64,000 nucleotides of DNA, from NCBI RefSeq assembly GCF_964355755.1, contig NC_092670.1, positions 29,872,388 through 29,936,387 on the forward strand, written 5' to 3'. Shown piece by piece: positions 12,595-25,393 of this stretch. Every line of letters starts with the position of its first letter. The first letter of the stretch is position 1. The notes under the pieces are model-generated. The model ran no database searches, was not told where the DNA came from, and saw only the letters and a program-made list of their open reading frames with translations. The DNA is from Antedon mediterranea. Lineage: Eukaryota > Animalia > Echinodermata. Position numbers and translations under genes: made by a program.

Positions 12595-15500
12595 CTAAGC
12601 AAAACATATATCTCTTAACTTATAAGCATGATAAATATATTTAGATAGATTATCAATAATTATTGGATCCTGTGGTGACATTAAACGGCAGAATTTAAAA
12701 GTATTTGGATTTTCAAAAAATAAAGAAGGTATACATTTTTTTCTGATTTCCTTGTAACGAGAGCAAACTGTAACAAAATGATATTCATCTTCAACTTCAT
12801 TTATATTACATATTTTACATAACCTATTGCTGCGCTCTATTCTTTTCCATCTTCCCCTTTCTACCTCTAGTTGAAGTGTGCCCAGTCTTAGTTGACTTAA
12901 AGCTAGTATCAAGGGTCTGTAGTAAGTATCCATCTACTCCGAAATGGTTTTTGAACATTTTATAGTATCTTAATTTTGAAGAAATATTTATGCTTTCAAG
13001 AAAGGATTGGCGTTCCATATCGGTTAGCCTTTCTTTTATTTTATTAACTATATAAAATTTATCAAGGACATTATTTTGTGAAAACCATATGTTTCCATGA
13101 CCAATAGAGCATAACATATGTTTTACATCGCTTACCCAACAATTACTATTATTTTGCGCTTTATGAAGTTGAGATTTATAACATTTCTTCGCATATTTGT
13201 CCTCGTTCATATTTACTAGTCTTACCCAATAACGGATAACATTGAGTACACTTTCGATTGATAAAGAGAATCGTCCACATTGTCCTCTAATTGAAACATT
13301 TGTGGCTGATTTCCCGACCCCTAAAACATATCTACAGAAATTATTTTGAATATCATCAATTTTTTTGTTGTTTAGTTTTCCCCATATTTCACTACCATAC
13401 AGTATAATTGGGTTTATTTTAACATCAAATAAGTAGTTCCAAATATTCACTGGTAGATGTCCATATTTCTGATATATTATATTTTTGAGTGAGAAAAGTG
13501 CTTTCTTAGCCTGTGTATTATTTTTTTCTCTAGCCTTTTCCCAATTTTCTGAACAATCGAAAGTGAAATATTTAAAAGATTTTACTATTTCAATTTCTTT
13601 ACCAAGATAATTCCACTTTTCATAGTTCTTAAGTTTTCCATTTTTTTAAAATACTATTATTTTACTTTTGTCAATGTTAACTACCAATCCCCACCTATTA
13701 CAATAATATGCTAGTTTATTTAAAAGATCTTGTAATGAGTACACTGTATCACTGATTAAAACCAGATCATCTGCATACAGTAGGTGATTAATATTTATGT
13801 TATCAATTTTTATTTTGTTTCGATTTTCAGCAGTATGTAATAACTCAGTTATATCATTAATAAAAATATTAAATAATAATGAAGACAAAGGTGACCCTTG
13901 TTGTATTCATACTTCACATTTAAAGGATTCTCCAATTTTGTTGCCAACCTTTACATGCCCTTTTAATTTACTTTTATACCAGATTTTCTTAGTTTACTTA
14001 TAAGGAAATCGTGTCTAATAGAATCGAAAGCGCGTTTTAAATCTATAAACGCCATGTACACAGTTCCTCGTTTTTTTTAGAGATATTTGTTAACAATTGT
14101 GTCTAAAATAAATATGTTATCAATAGTACGACAATCTTTTTTAAACCCTCCCTGTTCTTGATGTAATATTTCATTTTCTTCTGTCCATTTGCTTAATCTA
14201 TTGCTTATAATGTATAAAAACACCTTGCCTAAAGTGGATATTAAGGATACGCCTCTATAATTTGCTGGTTGATCTCTTTTGCCCTTTTTAAATATAGGAA
14301 TAATAATGCTTGTTGCCCATTGTTGGGGAAAATTTCGAGAGGTAAAAATACTATTAAAAATTTTCGTAATTGCGCTAATAGCAGCATTTGGCATACAAGT
14401 AAAAAATTCAATTGGGAATCCATCAATACCTGGAGCTTTACCCCTTTTCTGTGCTTTAATTGCATAAATTACCTCTTCCCGGCTGATTTCTTCATTGTAA
14501 CAATCGTTATGTTCGCAATTGTTATCGTTATCGTATGCTATATTGATTTCTTGTATATTATTTGTTTGATTTTGGAACATAGTTTTGAAGTATTCATCAT
14601 GCCAATTTTTAAGTGTAATGTTTGTCACGTTTTGTTGTCGTTTAGTTTTAAGGTTTTTCCAAAATTTTGTACTGTTATGTTCCTTTATTAACCTGATTAG
14701 TTTTTGTTGGGATGAATTTTTATGTTTATTTTTTTTAAATTTTATTAATTTTTTATAACTCATTTTCTTTAACAGATATTTCTTTAATAGGGTGTTAGTT
14801 TTGTATTTTCTATATTTATTAAGAATGCTACGAATAATAATTTTCTTTTTTATGCATTGACGATCAAACCATGTATTGGGCAATTTTGTGCATTTTTTTT
14901 GTATTTGTGTTTGTTTTTTTGTATTTATGTAAACATCTTCTAAAGTTCTATAAAGGTTAATTAGGGCTTCATCAATATCCCTTTTTTCAACATTTGCATT
15001 AATATCATCAAGAAATTTGAAAATTTGTTCATCATTCCATTTGTCCTTGGCTTTATTCACCTTTGTTTCGGACCATTGAAATGTTTCATGTGTTTTCCAG
15101 ATTTCTTTTTTTAAATCGTTCGTAATTTCTTTTTTGTTTTGTTCAGTCTCTAATAAAATTTCAAAATGTAAAGGCATATGGTCGGATTCTATCCTAATAT
15201 CCACTTTTGGTCTTATTATTTTATCAAAATTAACTGGAAAAGTAATAATATAATCAACACTTTTGCCAAAATTTCCTAAAAAAGTAAAGCACCTACTAAA
15301 TTCCCTATTTATCCTACCATTTACTATTCTCATCCCTGTTTCTTTACAATGACTTAATAAATTAGTTCCATATTCATTGACTATTTGATCTTCATTACTT
15401 CTAACACCTATATTACTATCTATTTCATTATCTTCTTTATATATATCATTATCCCAATTGGGTGGACATTCATCTTATGTAATAAAATCATTCATTGTAC

Positions 15501-15999
15501 CTGTTCTTCCATTAAAATCTCCCATTACATATATATTATTTCCAAACTTTTTTTTGTAATTTGTTAGGTCATTTGAAATAGTTCAAAAAAAATCTTGATT
15601 ATTTATAGCATGTGTTGAATTAACTGGTGGTCTATAAACCACTGCTAAGGCGATATTTTCAGAATTATGCTTGATAGATAACCAACATATATAATTTGAT
15701 GTACTGGGAAGTTCTTTAACGTCTAAATTTGTTTTATAATAAATAATAATACCGCCACTCATTCTACCCCCTGCTTTATGTCTTATGGGCAATTTACTAA
15801 TACAGTCATATCCTTCCATATAACAATTTTCTACAGGTCCCGTCCATGTTTCTACTAAACATACAATATCATATTTTTAAATATAGTTCACAAAATCAGA
15901 GTCGTTTATTTTATTCTGTAAACCGTTCACATTCCAAGTTATGATCTGTAATGAAGTGCGTTTATTTGTTCTTCTATCGCTAGGGCCTTGGCCATACCC
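12595..15999 (-). pseudogene. LINE ORF2 (apurinic-type endonuclease + reverse transcriptase), multiple stops/frameshifts
   Basis: ORF fragments 15583-15819, 14077-15333, 13646-13888, 12824-13450, 12595-12933 in EN-RT-CTD order. Confidence 0.85.
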
Positions 16000-16928
16000 C
16001 TATAGTTTAACCAATTCCTCCTTTTCAATATTGTAGGTAAAAGCCTCTCCTTCGATGATCAGTTTATCATATCTTAAACGAAATCTTTTCTTGTTTTCTA
16101 TAGCTTCTTTGATTTTTGGTTGTAGTTTATTTCTGATGGTTCTCACTCTTCTGGTATAATCCTCACTGACACTTCTATGCTCATCTTTTCTGTAATTTTG
16201 CTTTTTTCTCCGTTTTTGTTGTAATAATCTACTCTCTTTTAAAATAGTCTCTTTTTCCTTGTAGTTTGCAAATTTTGCTATAATGGGTCTGGGGTTTGTT
16301 TTCGTATTGATTCTATGGGCCCTTTCTATTGCGATGCTTTCTCCATTAAGTCCAAGCTTGTCTGTTAAATAAAGTTTCTTACCTTCTGTTCGCTTATTTC
16401 CCACGTTTCCTTTTCCTCCTCTGTAAAGCCGTAGAAAACTAAGTTGTTACGTCTACTTTGTGCTTCAATGATGTCCATTTGCTTTTGTAAATATATGTTG
16501 TCGGCTCTGATTTGTTTATTTTCTTCTTCAATATCTTTCAATCGTTGATTTACAGAGTCTATTTTCCTGTTCAAATTGTCAATTTTGTTTGAGACTTCAA
16601 TTGTATTTTTAGCTATACTTTGTTGTATTTCTTCGTTCATATCGTGCATTTGTTTAAGAATGTCTTTTAATGTAGGCTCTCTGGCTATCTCGTCTAAAGT
16701 TGACTGCCGAGTTTGAGTACCACCGGTAGGCCTAGGCCCTGGGTTAGACTCTATGTCTCCTGCTAAAATAAGTAATGTTATTGCACAAAAGATGGCTACC
16801 CTTAGCGCGCAGCTAAAACCTATCGGTAACTTGCCATATGATTTCCCGTTACAATTATGCTTTGTCATCGTTCGTTTCCCTTTGTGGTACATCCCTATTC
16901 TTATACGATAGCTTACAATATCAATCAT
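16000..16928 (-). pseudogene. LINE ORF1 (2A-like peptide, coiled coil, L1-ORF1p-type RRM/CTD) with a 1-nt frameshift near 16370
   Basis: LILAGDIESNPGP, heptad-rich segment, SRRNNLVFYGF, IERAHR..PRPIIAKF; two overlapping ORFs join by removing one T. Confidence 0.8.
16734..16790 (-). other. 2A-like (StopGo) ribosomal skipping motif
   Basis: translation FCAITLLILAGDIESNPGP matches D(V/I)ExNPGP with a Leu-rich upstream helix. Confidence 0.8.
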
Positions 16929-18642
16929 TTTAAGTTTGTTGTCAGTTCACTTCTTTTAAGATCAGCGTGTATATCCGAGGGCTCCTATCCGAGTAATTAT
17001 AGCCTTACAAGGCCTAGCATATTTATGAAAAACAGTACTCACTCAGCGTGTTGTTACTTCCGCATTCTCTGTTGTTTGTGTGCACCTGTATGGTATTAAG
17101 GTGTGGTTGTCAGGTGTTGTACTAGTTGTTTCGGCGTAGTTGAAACGCAAATAAATAAAAATCCGTATGCCAACAGTAAATTGGTAAAGGGCTCCAGTAA
17201 AATAATATAAAATAATATACTACAGTGTACTAATACAAGTATTGCAAGTAATCTTCAGGGTCCAACAGCTAAAGTGTCACAAACTTCGGCGGGCCCTTTA
17301 ACTATGTGCCTGTGAGCGTGTTCGAACAAATGAACAAAGGAGGCCTAGAGAGCGAAATACTTGATACGTCTTTACTCGACGGTGACCAAGAGGATATAAT
17401 TATACAGTACAGTTTGAAACCTGTAAAATACCTAACCGAATTCCAGTTAGTGTGTGACTGGTTTTAATTGGTAGGCCTACTGTTGATCTACGATTCAAAT
17501 ATAGTGCAGTAGGCCTACTACACCTATCTGTGATTGGAAAAACGATACTAACCGGTTAAAACCAGTTAACTTAACTGGGTTTTCCACTGGAATTTTCTCA
17601 TGGATAAGGTTGGACAATGTTGTCGTCGTCTCGGAAATTGAACTTACACTAAGAATACCTTTCATTTAAATTACCCACACTTAAAATATCAAAATAACAA
17701 TCATTTACAAAACATGTATAGGCCTATAAATAATATCTTTTAAAATGTTGAATTAGCTATTAGGCCTACGGGCCGATAAAAAGATAATAATATGCCTATA
17801 TGGTGCCAAACGATTTTCGTCGTAATATAATAGCCGTGTTTGGTGTCATTTCAAAGGTCTTGACTTGGAGAATAAGAATATATACAGTAAAACCTATTTA
17901 TGATATTGTGACGTCACTTCTGCTCCCGGAAATAGCAAAAAATCACTTTGAGGTTTCACAATTTACCGTAATTACGCTATTTCCGGTTATGTGACGTAAC
18001 TTTTCGGAATATAGCCGTATTTGGTAGCGAGTGTTTGATGTGTCTTATGACGTCATTACAGCTTCATTCACATTCGTGCTTGTATAGGGTATACTCGGGT
18101 ATCAGCCCACCTCCGAATTTTGAATAATTTTTATGAAAAATGAGGCACTCGGGTATAAGCCCACCCATTAATTCGAAGATCTATTAGTAGGTGCCGTAAT
18201 ACATTATTTTGTATTTGAAAGGCCAAGTATTAATTTTGTTATGGTCAACCTGTCTGACGACTTACATACACCGCATCCACCTACCTTTCATCATAACCCA
18301 GAGTTTTTCGGAACTAGTAGAGATAGATGCCATGTGTTGCGTCTGGCCAGATGAAAGGGGCTAACTGTACATGTATAGATGTTGTGCCGCTGCACAATAA
18401 TTAAAAGATGGAGGTGTTAGCAAAATGACCAGGTACGATTACTTTAGCTACATGCAATGTTTGTTGAGGGCATGGTGAGGGGATTTCAATCTACTTGTAG
18501 CCTACATGTCTTGAAATGTTTTGATGTTGCACATACTTTTTGTGTTATGTTCCTGCGCTTGGAGGATGATTGTAGTTGATGAAGGATTCTAGTGGTGATA
18601 GGATGCATTACCCATACGGGGAATGCATCCTCTTACCTACTG

Positions 18643-21600
18643 ATTTTGATGTTGGAAGTGAATGTTGGGATATGTCTGTCCTCACTTTGTTCATGTATAA
18701 TATGGCATCGTTGTTTAGTCTAGTGCATCTGACGGCTTAGTTTGATCAACTATGAACTTGTCTTGATGAAAAACATAAATAATAAAACTCGTCCTAAATA
18801 TTAAAATCTTAAGAGCCATTGTCTGTAAGAATCAAAGAAATATCAAAAAGAGTGGCAGACTAAAAAAAAATGGATTTCTTTCAAATTTTGCACATGGCTA
18901 TATATGTGTTGAGAGAAATCAAATATGAAGTATTTTTTATTTCACACGTATATTTCCATGGCAACGGCCAAATTTGTGTTTTTGACAAATTTTGTCATTT
19001 TTTAAGGTTTTTTAAAATGGATATTGGTACTACTTTGATGAACGATATTTTTGTTTTGTTCATTTAATTATAAAAAATAATTAGTGTATGCATAATAACA
19101 ATGCATTGTGTACCTGTTTCATATTTTTTAATTTTTTTTTATTTCATACTTTGGGAGATACCATTTATTTAAAAAGGGGTGTTTTTCTCTTTTCTTAAAT
19201 TGTTCAATGCAACTAAACTTTACTTCACCATAACGCCCAAAGTGGTGTATTTTTTTAGCTGATTTATTACAAATAGGTAGTTCTAATGTTTAATAATTGA
19301 TTTCTAAAATAAAATACTGGGGTAATTTAAAAATCTACAAGCAGTGTTGCGATAAACATAGGCATTTTTATATAAAAAAAACATGGTATAATAGTATTTG
19401 ATTATTTGATTTGTGACTCATTGGTCAGAAAAATTCTTAATGTTTTATACAGTTCTAGGTGTGTTGTGAGAAAAAAAACAATATTTTTAATTATAGATTC
19501 TGTAATTCCCAGTTTTAATGTCATTTTATAGGTTATCCTCTGGAAATTTGAATAAATTATCAGATCGTTGTGAATTTTAATCTTTGCAACAGATTACTCC
19601 TCTCTTATTTTGAAGCTCCTCTTTCATTTGTTTACTTCTTTTATTTGCTAACCTAAGCAGATCCCACATGCCCATCCCCAACCACGTTCGACTACCACCC
19701 CCCCACCCACCCTACCCCGACAATAACCACAAAAAGATAAACTGCAACACTTTGGTCAATCATCCACTATAGAGTGTCAAATGCATGCATTCAAGCACCA
19801 CCCACACTGCCGCTACCATCACCCCAACGAATAGACGGATTCAAACTCCTCCATACAACCCCTCCCCCTTTCTCCAAGCCCCCCACCCACCCCAAATGCA
19901 AAAGATAGGTCATAAAGTTAAGTTTTTAGACCCTTGCCTCCAACCCCCTAACTATTTCAACCTCCTGGATCCACCACTTTCCCCTCTCCAAAACTGAACC
20001 AATCAAAAGTCAATGATATACTCAGGTATGTTAATGCTACATAACAAATATTGAAGCCCTGATGTGAAATTTCATTTCATTTAAGGTCAGCATGTAAAAT
20101 ATCACACTTTATTATTAAATATTGGTTTTAAATTCTATATTTTTTTTACTGTGATGGTTGGATTCAGTATTAATTATTAATTAATAATTATCTAATAATT
20201 ATTTAATTTCCCTTAGTTATGCATAGCAACAGTTACTATGGTAACAAAATTGAGATATTCTTTAGATTTTGCATATTTATCTTATACAAATTTAAATTTG
20301 TAGATTATTAGCAGGCATGCCTTATTTGCATTTTCAAATTACCGTTTCACAAGGTCATATTCGTAAGGACTTTCTTCTGTGATTTTTTTTATTCATGAAA
20401 ACCCCATATTTTATTTACAGCGGGCACCTCCCGTAAGCGGCCACCTCCCTTAACGGACGCACTTTGAAAAGCCTGTTTGTTCTTCCTATCTAATTAGTGC
20501 ATTTGGTGCTTACCGTAAGCAGCTGCGGGCACCTTTTTATACTAAAAATGAGATTTTTTGTAAGCGGCCAATCGAAAAATGTGATGCTTATTGCATGGAC
20601 CTATGAATTAGAGGTCCATGTTTATTGTATTTCTTTATATATTAGCTTTATTTTGAAGAGGTTTTAAAAACATTACTGTGAAGAGATGAGAAAACGACAC
20701 AGATTTTGACCGACCATTTTTCATATGATAAAAGCTTTTAAAATTTGTCTGAAAATGCTAAAAAATACTAAACCACCTGATTATAAATAATAATAGGCCT
20801 ACAATTAGCTGGAAAATTGAGAGGCTCGTTTCGTTAAGAATATCGTATATAGCCATAATACGTGATTTTGGCCCTTTATCGGCAGAACCTCCCGTAAGGG
20901 GTCACCGTCCGTAAGTGGCCACTTTTCCAGGTCCCGAGGGTGGCCACTTACGGGAGGTTCAACTGTATTTAAAAAAACAATTATTCTTAGTTACGCATAG
21001 AAACAGGTTCTAAGATAACATAAATAATACATTTTGACATAATTTGACCCAACAAATGACCCTTTCATGAGGTCAGTTGCTACAATACACTATAGGTAAA
21101 ATGTTGATGTCATTTGACCTCAATATGTAAAATATAATTTTTTTTTTCATGAAAACTCCATATTTTATTTTTAAACAAATATCCTTAGTTACGTAAACAG
21201 GTTTAAGATAACACTAAAGGTCAGTTTTTTACCTTTATTCAGATTTGTCAAGACTTTCTTTCTGAGATTATTAGGATTCAGTATTTAAAGTAAATTTGGC
21301 AAAAAGTAGAAATGTAAAACTATGTAGAAAAAATGTTTTGTATTTATGAGAAACCCCTTATTTTTTTAAATATTTTTGAAAATGTTGACCTCATTTGACC
21401 TCAAAATGAATGAATTTACAAGGTCAAGTTTGTCATTACTTTAAGATTCATAGAATGCAGTAGAAGTACAATTAAGAAAAATGACAATTGCAATCAATTC
21501 TTTGTATTCATAAAAATGCCATTTTTACGTTTTTTTAAAAATTACTTTCCTTAGTTACACATAGAAATACTTGCTAAGGTAGCACTATAGGTAAAAAATT

Positions 21601-22008
21601 AAAATTGTTGAGAATTTTTATGAACTATCTTGTAAATTTTGATCAAACATTAAACCCTCTAAATAATCTCTCTCAAAAATATTTAAAAAATATATATCTA
21701 ATAGCCTCAATACAATATTATTCATACATACAAAGTAAAACCAAATTGGATCCTACGAGCTCGATGGCTTAGTGGGCTTGTATTGAGGCTATTAGATATA
21801 ATTGTTTTAAATTATTTTGAGAGAGATTATTTAGAGGGTTAAGTTTTTAATATTCAGGACGAGTTTTATTATTTATGTTTTTCATCAAGACAAGTTCATA
21901 GTTGATCAAACTAAGCCGTCAGATGCACTAGACTAAACAACGATGCCATATTATACATGACCAAAGTGAGTACAGACATATCCCAACATTCACTTCCAAC
22001 ATCAAAAT
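18643..22008. repeat. 170-bp near-identical inverted repeat pair (18643-18812 / 21839-22008) around a ~3-kb repeat-rich segment
   Basis: about 4 mismatches by eye; both arms end inward at TTAA; additional ~63-bp inverted pair 21653-21715 / 21778-21840. Confidence 0.85.
20418..20965. mobile_element. Tc1/mariner (pogo/Tigger-like) MITE
   Basis: TA|CAGCGGGCACCTCCCGTAAGCGGCCACC ... GGTGGCCACTTACGGGAGGTTCAACTG|TA; uninterrupted paralogous site at ~21150-21190. Confidence 0.8.
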
Positions 22009-22482
22009 GTTTTAAAAACATATTATTTATACGTAAGCATTTTAACCGACCAATCAGAACAGGGTTGACATCTTTTTATGAACTTTGAACTTTGTTCGGG
22101 TGACATTTCCGAGCATCCCAATGCTTCAGAAGACGTTGCTTTCGAAGACATGCCGAAGATGACGTTCTTTGTGACGTCACAGGTTATTTAATAAAATTAA
22201 TACATTGATACAATTTCAAAATGGTGGCTACAACATACATATATGGGGCATTTTAGGTCATTACCTGATTTCTCCCTATTAAAGTATTGAGTGTGTTCCG
22301 AAAAAGCTTTAGTCGTATACAGCGCCACATACAGGTGGATCCGGGAACATTGCGTCAAGCTAGGCTAATATAAGTTAGGCCATATCAGGCCTAGCGGTCC
22401 TGTTTTGTTTACACTCAATCACGGGTAAAGATCGCTGCACACACTACACTCGAATTACAAGTCGCCAAAACAGAAAACCCCT

Positions 22483-22600
22483 TATTTTTATTTATTTATT
22501 TTATTTATTTATTCGACTTCTCACTAACTCAGTTAGTGAAGGTGGATCTGGACCAACAGGTGGTAAACACCTCTAAAACGGTCCAGTCCCAATTTGCATA
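22483..22600 (-). mobile_element. probable 3' end of a non-LTR retroelement or SINE
   Basis: (AATA)n tail on minus strand preceded by hairpins (tcactaactgagttagtga; ctggacc..ggtccag). Confidence 0.4.
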
Positions 22601-23224
22601 GTGGTATCGGCTGCCTAAACAAGCTTATTACATTTCTTTGGTACATTTCTATCTAACGAATATTGTATACTGGTTTTTTTTCTTGATAAACATGTTTATT
22701 AAATAAAAAAGAGTGTTTATTTAACCTAATATTCAAAGAATTTCAATACATTATTTTCCCGTGAGTTGGACATTCAGTCCTCAGTACATCGTGATTCGTG
22801 ACTTTACTTTGTGTTGATTCGCGTCAAGTCAACCAATCAAAGGGCGAGAATCCAAAATCGTTCAACCATGAGCCCTCATAGACTCTCTTTTCCCAGACGT
22901 TTTTTGGGTCCATCAGCTTTGACCTAAAAATTAGCCGAGTTTACAAAATATCAAAAATGTCAGCCGTAGATAATAAGCTTTCCGCTTGATATAACTTCTG
23001 AATGAGTAGTCCTCTGGGGATATAGCTGGCTAGAGCCTCGGTCCGAAAAATAGAGCCTTTTTTATGCAAACAATAATCGGATCACGGGCGATTACATGAT
23101 TATGGTGTAGGTAGTTTTAATTGCTACCTATACTTTATGCTACATTAATTAGATTAAGGATTAAAAGTGAAGTACTAGACAAATCCACTGGTCATCAACC
23201 AATAGGCCTTGTCAGACTTGTCTT

Positions 23225-23555
23225 CAGGGTCGTAGCCAGGATCTGTCAAGGGGGTTCGGACACTAAGTATTTCAGTCACTCCCCGCCTCCAAGCGAATTT
23301 TGTTAGATATGACACCCCTAGATGGCCGGAAATGGTACTCTCGCACATAACATTCATGATAAATGGCACCTTAATTTAATTGGCCGGAAAAGACACTCAT
23401 GAAGCATGCTACCAATGAGCAAACGATCGTACTTCTTTCCTCCTCCTCACACATGTGGACTATTTAAGGACGATAACATATGTTGCCGTATGTTAGATGC
23501 GCTTTCTCTTTGCGGAACCATCATATTTTGTTTTGCGTTCAAGTTCAATGCGATA
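23225..23555 (+). mobile_element. terminal part of hAT-like MITE family
   Basis: begins CAGGGTCGTAGCCAGGA; inverted homolog of 8700-9070. Confidence 0.6.
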
Positions 23556-24699
23556 GGGGCAGCCCCGAAAAAAAAGCACACTTTTGGTAAGAAGGCAAAT
23601 TTAATGCTTATACAGCTCTATCTATATTTATTTAAAGCAATCTGTTGAGGAAATTAAATATATCAATGTAAATAGGTGGTATCAAAGAATATAAATAGGT
23701 AAAGAATCAACAGTATGCGCTGTTATACATAGAAGGATAGGAAACGCGGACGCTTATTCGTGGACGCGTAAGAATCCAGCAGCCGAACGACGGCGCGCCG
23801 CGGCGGGCTCTAGATATGGTTCCCGTCTAATCCCACGTTTCGATGGATCGTGATGATCTGATGTGTTCTCGCGTCTGTGCTCTGCTAATTTTGATATTAT
23901 TAATATTTTGATAATCATTTTGATAAATAATCATCGTTTGCATTTTTATAGATATTTACAATAACAGTTTTACCTTACCCACGCCTGAAGGTGGCGCACT
24001 TCTTTTGGCGAAAAAGAAATACGCCACCTTCGGGCGTAGGCAAATAGTAACCCGGATGTGGTTTACACCGCCAACGGAACTGTTGTATCTTCTCCTTTTA
24101 TTATCTTTGGTCATAGTTGCCATTTCTGGCATTATTATGCTTTTTGGCATTATTTAGAGGCCCACGGCTTTTAGCATAATCTGGCATAATTGTGTGTTTT
24201 TTGAACAACCAAAAAAATAATATACCACAGAACAAAAATAAAATATTTTGTTTAATCTTGCAATTTAATACATATCACCTTACACAATATCATATCGTAC
24301 AAAACAGATCTGTTCGGGTTTTCCGTACAATAGTTCTTCCATCCTTTTGTTTCGGACTTAAATAGACTCTTCGGATAGGAAGGCTGCTCGAAAACTACCG
24401 TGTGTGCGATATAGGCAGCACAACAAATCCGAAGAGGCTAGCTATTGACCAATGTTGCTCTATTTCAGAGACCATGCAGGTTATTGGATCCCCAGACATA
24501 GAGACAATTGAACGAAAACATTATGAAAGGGGTTTTGTTGTTTCAGTTCATAATTATAAGTGGCCGCACCCCTACCCCAACCCTTGAAATAGCAATTTCG
24601 AGTAACTAATTAGAAGCTCTAATTTTAAAAAGAATTTCTTCTAGGAGAATTTGTTTTCCATATTTCAAATTATGTTCCATTTGCATCGTCGTAGCAACC

Positions 24700-25370
24700 C
24701 TATTTTTCCAAATGTTCTTCACCTCTCAGCCCCAGTAGTGACCATGTGGGCGAGGTAATTTTTATTTAAAATTAAGTGCCATTTCCGCCCATCGAGCAGC
24801 TCTATTTTTCCATTTTTTCCCCCTCAGCCCCAACCATGGTGGGGCTGAGGTCATGGAGACACTTAATATATATTTTTATTTCCTATTTTAAATTATAATT
24901 TCCATTTTCAAAACTATGATGGGCTAAGATCCTGGAGGTACTAATAAATATATTTTTATTTCATATTTGAAATTAAGTGCCATTTCCGGCCATCGAGAGC
25001 AGCTCTATTTTCCAAATGTTTGTACCTCAGTCCCAACCATGGTGGGGCTGAGGTCCTGGAGACACTTAATATATAATTATTTTAATTTCCTATTTTCAAT
25101 TATAATTGCCATTTTCGAATTATGGTGGGCTAAGATCCTGGAGACACTAATAAATATATTTTTATTTCATATTTTAAATTAAGTGGCATTTCCGGCCATC
25201 AGCATTTTTCAAAATTTTCTTATCAACCATGGTGGTTGGGCTGAGGTCCTGGAGACACTTAATATATATTTTTATTTTCTATTTTAAATTATAATTGCCA
25301 TTTTCTAATTATGGTGGGCTAAGATACTTTCATATTTGAAATTAAGTGCAAAGATCGAGCAGCTCTCATA
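24700..25370. repeat. ~200-bp tandem repeat, ~3 copies
   Basis: aaattaagtg at ~24770, ~24970, ~25177, ~25340; repeated ccaaccatggtggggctgaggtcctggagacact. Confidence 0.8.
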
Positions 25371-25393
25371 TTTCAGCTCAAAAATTCCAATAT

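Larger units (their letters stand above)
12451..17390 (-). mobile_element. near full-length RTEX-like non-LTR retrotransposon (ORF1 + APE-RT ORF2), decayed
   Basis: (TGAA)n tail at 12451-12470; ORF2 motifs ITWNVNGL, LVETW, SDH, KAPGIDG, YRGVSL, LLYADDL, ILYGSEIWG and C-terminal LRLG..LEVERGR..R.C..C...EDEYHF..C; 5' boundary approximate, no convincing TSD; clade call from motif recall. Confidence 0.8.

Noticed and set aside
10274-14691. several + strand ORFs of 60-140 aa (and similar short ORFs elsewhere)
   Set aside because: Antisense shadows of LINE ORFs or chance ORFs in repeats; no independent protein motifs.
18240-18780. possible very old Penelope/GIY-YIG remnant on the minus strand
   Set aside because: Only vague motif echoes; no continuous frame.
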